Positions 55,519 through 64,000 of a stretch of 64,000 bases of DNA are shown here, one piece after another. The notes below the pieces were generated by a model that was not told the DNA's origin, searched no databases, and was given only the letters and a program-made list of their open reading frames with translations. The DNA is taken from assembly GCF_027921745.1 (NCBI RefSeq), contig NC_079238.1, forward strand, positions 744,001-808,000. Direction: 5' to 3'. The position numbers were made by a program, and so were the translations under genes. This DNA is from Schizosaccharomyces osmophilus. Lineage: Eukaryota. The number at the start of each line of letters is the position of its first letter. Within the stretch, counting starts at the first letter, position 1.

Positions 55519-57672
55519 CTAAAGTTGGTTTTGTTGTTTGAATATATCCCAAGCTTCATTAAGATTGCTAAAAGCAGATTCAGCGATTAGACGTTGCTCA
55601 ACGGTTGCTTGTTGGGGGAGTTTGTCAGGATGCACACATGATATGGCCTTCATATACATGATCTTGACGCGTTTTGTCAGGACCAAATCTGTCAAAGACA
55701 CAGGTTTCCAACGGCATTCCGGCCACAAGATCGTATCCAAAGATGACAAAAGAGCTCTGATATTTCCCTCTTTGCCACTTTTCCATCTGTTTATTAGCTG
55801 CTGAACTGGTTCACGTAACTGGTTTCTCCTTTCCTCAACTTTTTCAGCTTGTTTTTGCTTGTCACGAAATTCGGATAATCTTTCTGATCCTTGTGATGTC
55901 TTTGGTAGTTCCAGCGATTTTCGGACAGTAGGTTTCGAAATAGTTTTCGCTGAATTTGGCTGTGAAGGCTGTTTACCAAGTGCTCGTCCACACCGACGTT
56001 TTCCCTCCAAAGACAGATTGTTAATTTTACCGCCGGATAGTAAATCTGACCATGACTCGAGTGCTAATTCATATTTTTCCAATTGCTCCAAAGCTTGAGC
56101 TTTTCGAATCATACATTTCACATAAAATTCGTTCATGTTCTTGCCATTTATAAACTCACCTTCTCCTTTCCCTTGTCCTATAATCTCCAATGCTTTTACT
56201 GAATCTTTAAGACTGTTCCGTACATCACCAATTTTCATGTAGCATAAGCTTCTATTGCATAAGAGAGGTATAGAGCGAGTGTGACCCTCAGGAACTTGAG
56301 ATAGTAATTTATTGAAGATGTCAATTGCCTGGCTAAAGTCTCCTTTGTAATAATAATCATTTCCTTCTGTCTGACCTTGCTCGATAATAGATCGCGACAT
56401 AGAGTCCATATCAACTTCGTCTCGCTGAACTTTCAAATATGGTTTCTCGTTTTTATGATCCAACTCCCGATGATGATGAGGCAATAATTCGCCTTGCGTC
56501 TTTTGCATATCAAAAGAAGGCGCTACCTTCTGGTGGCTTATTGATTCATCTGGTATTTCTATTAGAGAGGAGAATAAGTTATCATTAAATTCGTCAACAT
56601 TTTTATGCTCTAGTTCGGATACAGACTCAGTAGATAAATCTTCTACAGGCTCATTTTTCGAGAGCGGGATGTCTGAAGTTGGTTCTTTTGTCGACACAGC
56701 TTCATCGGATTTTGCTGAAGCTGGCATTATAGGATATTGATTATCGAATTCATCAGAAACATATCCCTCAGTCATCCACCGAGGTTGGTTTGGATTCTTT
56801 AAAGACTTCCTTTCTTCCACAGCAGACCTCAGTTTTTGGCGTCCAACGTTCCATAGATCTGTTGCCTTCGTAAAAAACTGATCTTTAATTTGGTTGGATA
56901 CTTGCTGTAATTCAGACAACTTATCAGAGTAGTACTGTTCATTACTGGATGGTGACTTGGAAGTCGGATTTTGAGAAGATCTAGGCTCTTGCTCGAAAAT
57001 TAATTCTATAGCCTCCTGTAAAGATCCGGTTTGTTTTAGAGCAAATCTGCTAAGACTATCGGAGAATCCCATTGCACGAAGTTGAGCATAAGAATCAGTA
57101 CCCGAAAGCTGTGAGGAATTGCTTGAAAACGAAGCATCAGGAGCATGCTGTTCAATTACTTTGCCTTCGGTCTCTGATTCTGCGGGAGGGTTTCGTAATT
57201 CCGGTAATGAAGTACGTTGCATAATTGACTTGTCTTCGTCTTGTAATTGAAGATCTTCCAGTGTATTCAACAAAGAGTCTTTAGTATTTGAATGAATATT
57301 TTCGATTTTTTTCTCATCATTAGAACCTTTTGTTTCAGTTTCGGATAACCGATGGAGAACCTCGAGATTACTGTATGGATCATGACTGATCGAGGCGTTG
57401 GGAGAGGGAGATTCCAAAGTCTGTGGAGTCTGCGCTGTTTTTCTTTCTAGCTCATTTAAAGAAGTACTCTTAGTTTCATTCTTTCTTTGAAAGAGATTAG
57501 CGAACGGATCGCGATTTCTTTTCATACTCGAAGATTCCTTAGTACTGTCAGGTGTTTGAGGATAGGGCACAGAAACAGGACTATTTGAATTTTGTTTTAT
57601 CCCCAATAAATTCTTTTTATTACTTCCATTGTATTGGTTATTTGTAAGATCGAAATTCAGTAAGTCATCCAT
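55519..57672 (-). CDS. ucp7: Auxilin-like UBA/TPR/J-domain protein
   Basis: UBA (LRAMGFS), TPR block, C-terminal J domain NIRALLSSL...VHPDK. Confidence 0.88.
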   Translation of the reverse strand: MDDLLNFDLTNNQYNGSNKKNLLGIKQNSNSPVSVPYPQTPDSTKESSSMKRNRDPFANLFQRKNETKSTSLNELERKTAQTPQTLESPSPNASISHDPYSNLEVLHRLSETETKGSNDEKKIENIHSNTKDSLLNTLEDLQLQDEDKSIMQRTSLPELRNPPAESETEGKVIEQHAPDASFSSNSSQLSGTDSYAQLRAMGFSDSLSRFALKQTGSLQEAIELIFEQEPRSSQNPTSKSPSSNEQYYSDKLSELQQVSNQIKDQFFTKATDLWNVGRQKLRSAVEERKSLKNPNQPRWMTEGYVSDEFDNQYPIMPASAKSDEAVSTKEPTSDIPLSKNEPVEDLSTESVSELEHKNVDEFNDNLFSSLIEIPDESISHQKVAPSFDMQKTQGELLPHHHRELDHKNEKPYLKVQRDEVDMDSMSRSIIEQGQTEGNDYYYKGDFSQAIDIFNKLLSQVPEGHTRSIPLLCNRSLCYMKIGDVRNSLKDSVKALEIIGQGKGEGEFINGKNMNEFYVKCMIRKAQALEQLEKYELALESWSDLLSGGKINNLSLEGKRRCGRALGKQPSQPNSAKTISKPTVRKSLELPKTSQGSERLSEFRDKQKQAEKVEERRNQLREPVQQLINRWKSGKEGNIRALLSSLDTILWPECRWKPVSLTDLVLTKRVKIMYMKAISCVHPDKLPQQATVEQRLIAESAFSNLNEAWDIFKQQNQL

Positions 57673-57705
57673 CGCTTAATTTGATGTTGGAAAGGGCACA
57701 CTGTA

Positions 57706-58964
57706 CTAGCGAATGTGAGTACCAGCAAGGCCGATTTTAGAATCCGCTTTGGTTTCGAGTAATTTTTTCTCAGTCCATTTAAAAAGGTTCGGAATTGCTT
57801 GCAATTCGGCCTTTTTTTGAAGGAAAAGCATCCTCTGTAGTTGTTCACGTATATGGGGTTCGCAGCGTAAACAATCGGATTGAAGCAGGTTTCTAGCAAT
57901 TGTAGTATCGCGCTTCCCAAAAGAAAGAGAATAGCTGTAATTTTCTGGAAATATATCTTGGTCAAAAGGGCCCAAAAATTGCAATTGAGGTAATAGCATG
58001 GAATTTTCATAACCACTAGCCTTCGAACCATGTTTGTAGCAACTGTAAATCAAAATTCCATAAGGATCCCAATCAAAAATTCCAAATATAGGCAACTCTG
58101 GTAAATATTTTGTGATTTCTAGCAAAAACTTTCTAGTGGACAAATCTGGAAATCCTTTTGCCTAACATTGTCAACAGAAATATTCTATTTTCACATCTCC
58201 ATATCTTACCGTAATCAGAATTGTATCTTCCAGTCCACGCTCTACGAGGGTTTGGAACACGGCTTCTTTCTCAACTACTAAAACCCAATTTGCAGTGGAT
58301 TTTAAAAAGGAAATTGGGTGGTAGCTAATCAAGGTAGGCTAAAAAAATTCAGTTAGAATTTTTGGAAATGTTTTACTTATACCTTGGATGTTTCCAGCTT
58401 TTCTCCTTCTTGGAGAGTGATGCTTAAAGGGCCATAAACAAGCCCTTTGCCAGATGCTTCCTAAGTAAAAATTAGAATTCTAATTTTAGAGGAAATGTAA
58501 GATTGGGATCCTTACCACATTTAGTGCTGATCTAGGGCAGCCTATGGTACAGGCAAGGTCTTCAATCAATTCGTCAACAACAGATTGTTTTTTGAACAAT
58601 TGAACATCATGATAAAATATATCTCTAACAATCGTTAGTATAATGAAATAATTTTACGCGTGTACCTTTTTGTAACCACGCTTTCCGTTTCAATCGCCTC
58701 GTGTATACAGTCCAAAACCTGTAAAATCTGAGCAACCTTTATAGGATGATTGATGATATTGTATTTTTTAGGACGAGGGGTTTTAGAAAAGCTTCCCTTT
58801 GATGAGAAAACGCGGCCACTGGCCTTCCTTTTCGAAAGACTTAGGAATGCAGGTGTTTTGCTAGGATCTGCCAATTGTTTCAGAAAAGATTTGACAATTG
58901 CTTCAACTCTCTCTTTTACATTAAAAAAATTTACTTTTTCTTCCTCCTCCTTCACAAATGCCAT
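57706..58964 (-). CDS. rec12: Meiotic DSB transesterase Rec12/Spo11, 5 exons (58964-58666, 58624-58516, 58460-58383, 58338-58210, 58161-57706)
   Basis: TKRDIFY (catalytic Tyr region), VVEKEAVF, TAKGFPD, DWDPYG, KAELQA; four in-phase introns. Confidence 0.93.
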
Positions 58965-58992
58965 TTTTGTTGAGAGTTTCTGAATTTGGTTT

Positions 58993-59014
58993 CGCGTTAC
59001 TTTTATTTACGCGT
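58993..59014. promoter_or_regulatory. MCB elements upstream of rec12
   Basis: CGCGT at 58993-58997 and ACGCGT at 59009-59014. Confidence 0.6.
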
Positions 59015-59190
59015 CTGACTTCGCTTGATTTTAGCTTACGTACCTACAATGTAGGGAAAAATATTATGTAACAACGCGCTCTAGTAAAAAAGCCCAAAGA
59101 AACCTTTCTATTTTTCTTTTCAATCGTTTTAAAATTATTTATTCTTTTTATTTAGAGTAGAAAATTGTAACTATGAAAAAATAAAAACTA

Positions 59191-59264
59191 TGGTCACAGC
59201 CAGGCTCGAACTGGCGACATTCGACTTATTAGATCGACATGATAACCAACTACATCATGCGACC
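59191..59264 (-). tRNA. tRNA-Ile (AAU)
   Basis: Reverse complement GGTCGCA...TCGAT-CTAATAA-GTCGA...GTTCGAGCCTGGCTGTGACCA; upstream TATA run and downstream T-run. Confidence 0.94.
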
Positions 59265-60031
59265 ATCTCTCTTTAAGATTAAGAGGATATATATATATTT
59301 CTTCGATCAAGTAAAACAAAACAGAATAGCAAAAAATCTGAATTTGGTACGGCACGCGTAGGGAAGGAATTAATTTTGATAAAATATTTGTACTTTGTTA
59401 TATTGAAGCCATTCTCTCTTATATGCTAGTGATAGGCTGGTACGTTGACTCAGAGAAAGATGCATACAAGCAAAACTCAACCTTGCGATGTTGATATGTA
59501 CTATGTTACAGTTCATCATCATTAGTCAAATTTACTTAAGCGAAGAATTAAGAAAATCAAAAGTTCAGCGTTATTTCAAAAGTCATGGAGTCTTTTTCAA
59601 CTGAGCGATAGGAATCCAAGGAAACAGAAGAACCACTAATAAAAGGAGATTATATATCATACAAGGCGTTTCTTTTCATTAATTACATACTTCTTTTTCT
59701 TCATGTACGCCAATGGAGCAAGAAAACCATGGCTGAATAACAAACAAGCGTGAGGTTTATTTCTAAGGCAAGGTTCGATTTAGATGAAACCCCAAATTGT
59801 CCATTGATCCTTTAGATATAAATAGAAAAAAAGAAAATATTAGATAGGAAGAATATTTTTTTTGGATATACCTCTCTTTATACATACTATGCACAAATCC
59901 CCAAAAGGGAGAGGGTATTTGTTGTACTCCAGTGCCAACCTATTAGGCAACCTAATACGAAAATAAGTAAAAGTACAACCTATGCACAAAATGCAAGAAA
60001 AGTAATATTCACGAAACCATAAGCAGTAAAC

Positions 60032-60661
60032 TTAGGGAATCTTTCCAATTCCGTTGCACACAGGACAAATTTCAGTGAAGATCAAATAGTCGATACTGCC
60101 TGTACCCTTACAGTTTCCACAAAGACGCCCAGGGATCCGAGGATCGCCAGGCTGTACTACCAAAGCATTCGGCGGAGGCCGTCCAAAATTAATGGGTTGA
60201 ACATCAAACGAGTGACCAAATCGACGGGCACATCTACCACAGGGACGGCCACTAAATTTATATCCGGTATTGTTGCATTTTCCACAATAGTAACCAGGAG
60301 GATAACGGTATGGGGCGTTCACAGGATTGCTTTGGGGTACGGGCAATGAGGAATGGGAGGAATGGCTTGACAAGTAGGGTTTTCCTGTTCCAAAAGGCTC
60401 TTGATTAGCAGTAGAATGATACGTAGATGAGCCGCCTTGGTGGTTAGAGGATGATGGATGGGAAGGTCGGTGAGGAGGGCGAAGGCTCGTTTGAGATGTA
60501 TTGGAAGAATGCGATGGACGATGTGGTACAGGTGGAGATAAAGATGGAGGGAGATTATTTTGTTGAGAAGTCTGAGATCCTGTGTTTCTTTGCGATAATA
60601 ATTGCGCTTCTTCGCGCATAACTTCATCATACGAAGGAGGAGGAGCCGAATGATCTGACAT
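60032..60661 (-). CDS. hua1: Hua1-like PY-motif, proline-rich zinc-finger protein
   Basis: PPPSY N-terminus, YPPGYYCGKCNNTGYK, PGDPRIPGRLCGNCKGTG. Confidence 0.82.
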   Translation of the reverse strand: MSDHSAPPPSYDEVMREEAQLLSQRNTGSQTSQQNNLPPSLSPPVPHRPSHSSNTSQTSLRPPHRPSHPSSSNHQGGSSTYHSTANQEPFGTGKPYLSSHSSHSSLPVPQSNPVNAPYRYPPGYYCGKCNNTGYKFSGRPCGRCARRFGHSFDVQPINFGRPPPNALVVQPGDPRIPGRLCGNCKGTGSIDYLIFTEICPVCNGIGKIP

Positions 60662-60860
60662 GATTCCTATTTTTAAAAAATTTAAATAAAAATTTCCTTT
60701 CCTTACTCCTTTTGTATATTCAAAGCAAAAGTGGAAATATCAAAGTGATGTGAAGAGACCATCGATAACAACCGTTTGCCAACAACAACATATTTCGGAG
60801 TTGTGAAACATTTGTAACACTGACTCTACAAATACTAGACAAAGGATTTGTCCTTTTAAA

Positions 60861-61856
60861 ATGTATGTAAAGTCAATTCTGAAAAGGACGCAAAGTGGCT
60901 CCAAACCCGTAGAGTCTGATCACGATGAAACAGACAACGAGAGTTTAAAATTACCCGTCACTGCCTCAGTAACAAATTCACAGAAACCAGTATTGGATCG
61001 TTCCCTTTCCACGGAAAGCAGTCGTAGGCTACGCTGGGATGAAGAAAACTTGCGTTTGGCTGAAGCACAGAAAACTTCTACGATGAAAATATTAGAGCCA
61101 AAAACTCCTTTTCAACACACGCTGTTAGTAGATGAAGAGGTTCCTGAGCTTAGCTTGGATCATTCTGAAACCGAGCTGGCGGATGATCCCCTATCCACTC
61201 AGTTACAGGTTCCTCCTATTTCTCAGGAACAAAAGGGAGACGTACATAAAGATACGAACGAGGATGTTGTGAGAAAGCCAGATCCTTTTCCAGTTCCAAG
61301 AGAAGCTGGCCTTTTGTCTCCGGAAATGAAGAACTCTTCATCAGATTACCCTCAAACTAGTACTTCTGATGCAGTTCAGGCTACTGATGTAACACACAAA
61401 AATACTGTTCAAAATTCGAGGTATCGCTCTCCTCAATCCTCTGAAAATTCTCCTTGCATTGATGAGCAGATGAATGTCTCGATTCCGAAGGTGGTAGCTG
61501 TCCGTACCAGACAGAATTCTCCGGAAAAGGATTCCAGAGCTAGAATGCCAAGAAGGGAGGGCATCGGATTTGGTATCCCTTCAGCAACAGAAGCAACATC
61601 AGTACTACCGGAAGCAATTATAATGGGAGAAGAAAATGAAAGTATGGATGAAGGTGATCCAAATGCTCATTCGTTTAACCAAGGGCAGCAAAAATCCAAA
61701 TTTGACGAGCTTCGCCGAAAGCACTACTTTGCTATGGCAAAACCATTGAAAAAGGAAAACATTGAAAGTAAAGGATTAGAAAGTGATAATGATGACCCCG
61801 GAAGAGAAGACAAAGCCGCTGCTGAAGAATCTGATGTTGAAATGGCTGAAGATTAA
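60861..61856 (+). CDS. glc9: Protein phosphatase 1 inhibitor-2-like regulator
   Basis: KSILK, LRWDEENL, MKILEPKTPF and FDELRRKHY inhibitor-2 motifs. Confidence 0.78.
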   Translation: MYVKSILKRTQSGSKPVESDHDETDNESLKLPVTASVTNSQKPVLDRSLSTESSRRLRWDEENLRLAEAQKTSTMKILEPKTPFQHTLLVDEEVPELSLDHSETELADDPLSTQLQVPPISQEQKGDVHKDTNEDVVRKPDPFPVPREAGLLSPEMKNSSSDYPQTSTSDAVQATDVTHKNTVQNSRYRSPQSSENSPCIDEQMNVSIPKVVAVRTRQNSPEKDSRARMPRREGIGFGIPSATEATSVLPEAIIMGEENESMDEGDPNAHSFNQGQQKSKFDELRRKHYFAMAKPLKKENIESKGLESDNDDPGREDKAAAEESDVEMAED

Positions 61857-62404
61857 AGATGAACAAACTTCCTTTTTTCTCATGCTGAGTTTACTGTTGT
61901 ATGAAAAGAAACCGTGTTTCTTTAGCATTGACAGCTTTGCTAGCGCTTGTGTGAAAGGTACCAACTATGAGCTTATGAACAGGTATTACTAAGTTTGACG
62001 AAAGTTTATGAGAAAGATCCACGACGTTTTTGATTGTTTTTAGCTTGAAATAAAAAAAGCATTATTTATCGTTGTTTACTGATGGTTATATGTATTGATA
62101 TAGACCTCATATGACACCCATTTGTTGGTATCAAACATTATATTATTAAAAAATATAAATTTGTCTTTTAGCTTCCAATCCTTTTCCAACACTCCTTGGG
62201 AACTTGATTTGATTCATTCTTATCATGACAATTGGAGAATGAAGGTTGAACAATGATTTAACTTGGTAAAGTACAGAAAAGAATAGTGTCATTATGCATT
62301 TTCCTCATGAATAATAGAAAATAGAAAAAGAATGAAAAGATTAACGCAATCATTGGGGAAGCCAAGAGAACATTATCATTTATAGAAGATTACTTGAATG
62401 TCCC

Positions 62405-63037
62405 TTAGACACCCCTTCTACCAGAATGCTTGAAAAAGGTTTTCACAATAAAAACTTGAAGAGAAGAAAGACCTACAACCATAAGGGCCTCTGCGATACT
62501 AAACCATAAGATGCGAGATTCTGTAGATTGGACGGTAGAAAAGTTACGGCTTTCCCGAGTGCGAAAGTAGGTTTGGATACGGTCAATTTCTGACAAAGCT
62601 GTAGAAATTTCCATAACGGTCCCTTGCATGCTGTTGGGATTATAATTTTTTGGTGGATCACGGTTAAGCGAAGGAAGAGACATCTCGTTTTCCATTACCA
62701 ACTCCATAGTGAGAATTTTGTCAGTGAAAGCAGACATGTGATTATCAAAACAAATGTCGTATTCTCCCTTTTCTTCCAAACTGAAATAAATATCTGCCTG
62801 GCGTCGTTTCTTACCAAGAGCGACGGTCTTTTTGCTTGGGGCAGTAATACTGTAATCGACGTCAAAAGAGCCACCAGATTGAACAGCATATGTAAAATGA
62901 CACTTTTCACCGGTGAATGGAGCTTCTATATGATAGCATTGTTGTTCCTGGTTTTCCAGTTGAAAGGTTAATTCAATGGCATGGACCCATGTCAAAAGCG
63001 TCAACAAAACGGCAAATTTGAACCCTACGAACCTCAT
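62405..63037 (-). CDS. erp2: p24-family COPII cargo receptor
   Basis: Signal peptide, GOLD domain (YAVQSGGSFDVDY, ICFDN), coiled coil, TM segment, FF tail. Confidence 0.85.
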   Translation of the reverse strand: MRFVGFKFAVLLTLLTWVHAIELTFQLENQEQQCYHIEAPFTGEKCHFTYAVQSGGSFDVDYSITAPSKKTVALGKKRRQADIYFSLEEKGEYDICFDNHMSAFTDKILTMELVMENEMSLPSLNRDPPKNYNPNSMQGTVMEISTALSEIDRIQTYFRTRESRNFSTVQSTESRILWFSIAEALMVVGLSSLQVFIVKTFFKHSGRRGV

Positions 63038-64000
63038 TTCTATCTATGGATGGAAAATACAGCTTTACTTTCGGAAACGAAGACTCCCACCTACTGCTTA
63101 TACTGTAACACTTTACAGATTTGGTCAATGTTGGTAGTGGGTAGGTCCGTCACCTACAATGAGGAAACGAAGTTGATACCATCGATATGGAACTGGATGA
63201 CACGTTTGCTGAAGATTATTAAGTGTTAATTTTAGAATTTAATAATTTTTCTGTTTTCGGTTTGTTTTTGGAAAGATACCCTTGAAACGAATTTCACTCT
63301 TTTTCAGTGTAGAAAAGGAGCGACCTATTTAGAGGCCAATATTTTCTTTGCCTGGGTTTTAAAGAATGAAAAGAAAGCATGAATAATTATCTTTACACGA
63401 ACTCTTCATGTCTTTGCTTCAAGCAATTTAAAGACAAGATGTGTTTTCCTGATTTGCAGAAGCACAATTCCTGAAAGTTCTTGGAAGTAATCCATTCTCA
63501 AAATGAAAGTTTCCTAATCATCAGAAATAGCCAACGTTCTTCACCCCAGTGGATCTGATTTCCTGAAGCATTCCTCAACAGTCTTGGAATGTGCAGCAAG
63601 ATAGAACAGCCTTAACTGGTTTAAGTTCTCATGGAAACTTTTATTTTATCGTTTCTTAGTACTATGATGATTACTTGGCCGTTTGGGATTCTCTGATACA
63701 ACTGACACGATGAAAACCAGTTTGAGAACTCTTTCCAGAAACGATTTCTAATTCTACAGCACTCAAGTAATGTAAAAAAAAAATCATAGACAATACTAGA
63801 TATTTTGCTATTTTCGCAAATATAACAAATAGTTTATACAGCTTTGCTTTCTTTGTTTATTTATTACTGCATCGTGTCGAGTTATTGTATTCCAGTTTGT
63901 AGCTTGCTTTCGACCGCGGTAAACGAATTTATTTAACTTTTATATGATTCAAACAATTCTTCTACCAATTACTGGAGATGCTATGAAGGATGGAAAACTC

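Noticed and set aside
63230..64000. Possible small spliced gene or start of a meiotic gene at the right edge
   Set aside because: Only short frames and weak splice signals; no consistent model could be built.
1..64000. CRISPR array or prokaryotic defence system
   Set aside because: Eukaryotic intron-containing DNA; no repeat-spacer array seen.

Overview
Gene-dense, intron-containing fission-yeast DNA. The 5S rRNA, splice signals and protein sequences point to Schizosaccharomyces, most likely the S. octosporus/osmophilus/cryophilus clade; the species cannot be fixed from sequence alone. Most of the window is housekeeping and meiotic genes in an order matching S. pombe chromosome I as I recall it: npt1, mrpl19, cox16, then psu1, an SSADH, gaa1, sgt1, dld1, mtf1, ats1, bqt2, jmj2, taf11, gls2, pom34, mrx11, mug99, crp79, mrpl1, saf5, ftp105, gus1, exo2, fol2, ucp7, rec12, hua1, glc9, erp2, plus tRNA-Gln and tRNA-Ile. 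The standout is a ~4.15 kb cassette (4816-8968) bounded by two direct-repeat 5S rRNA genes. It holds an intact 5-exon wtf-family poison/antidote meiotic-driver candidate (7010-8131, +), which the ORF track shows only as fragments. It also holds a divergent 2-exon membrane-protein gene (5281-6118, -; wag-like) whose N-terminus carries Wtf-antidote-like motifs. The cassette sits at an apparent synteny break. Other oddities are a 1-nt TAATG stop/start overlap of mrx11 and pom34, a 33-bp rec12-ucp7 gap, and a FLEX-rich gene-free tract beside the cassette. Gene names come from recognising protein sequences and from recalled synteny, not from a database search. Exon models were assembled by hand.
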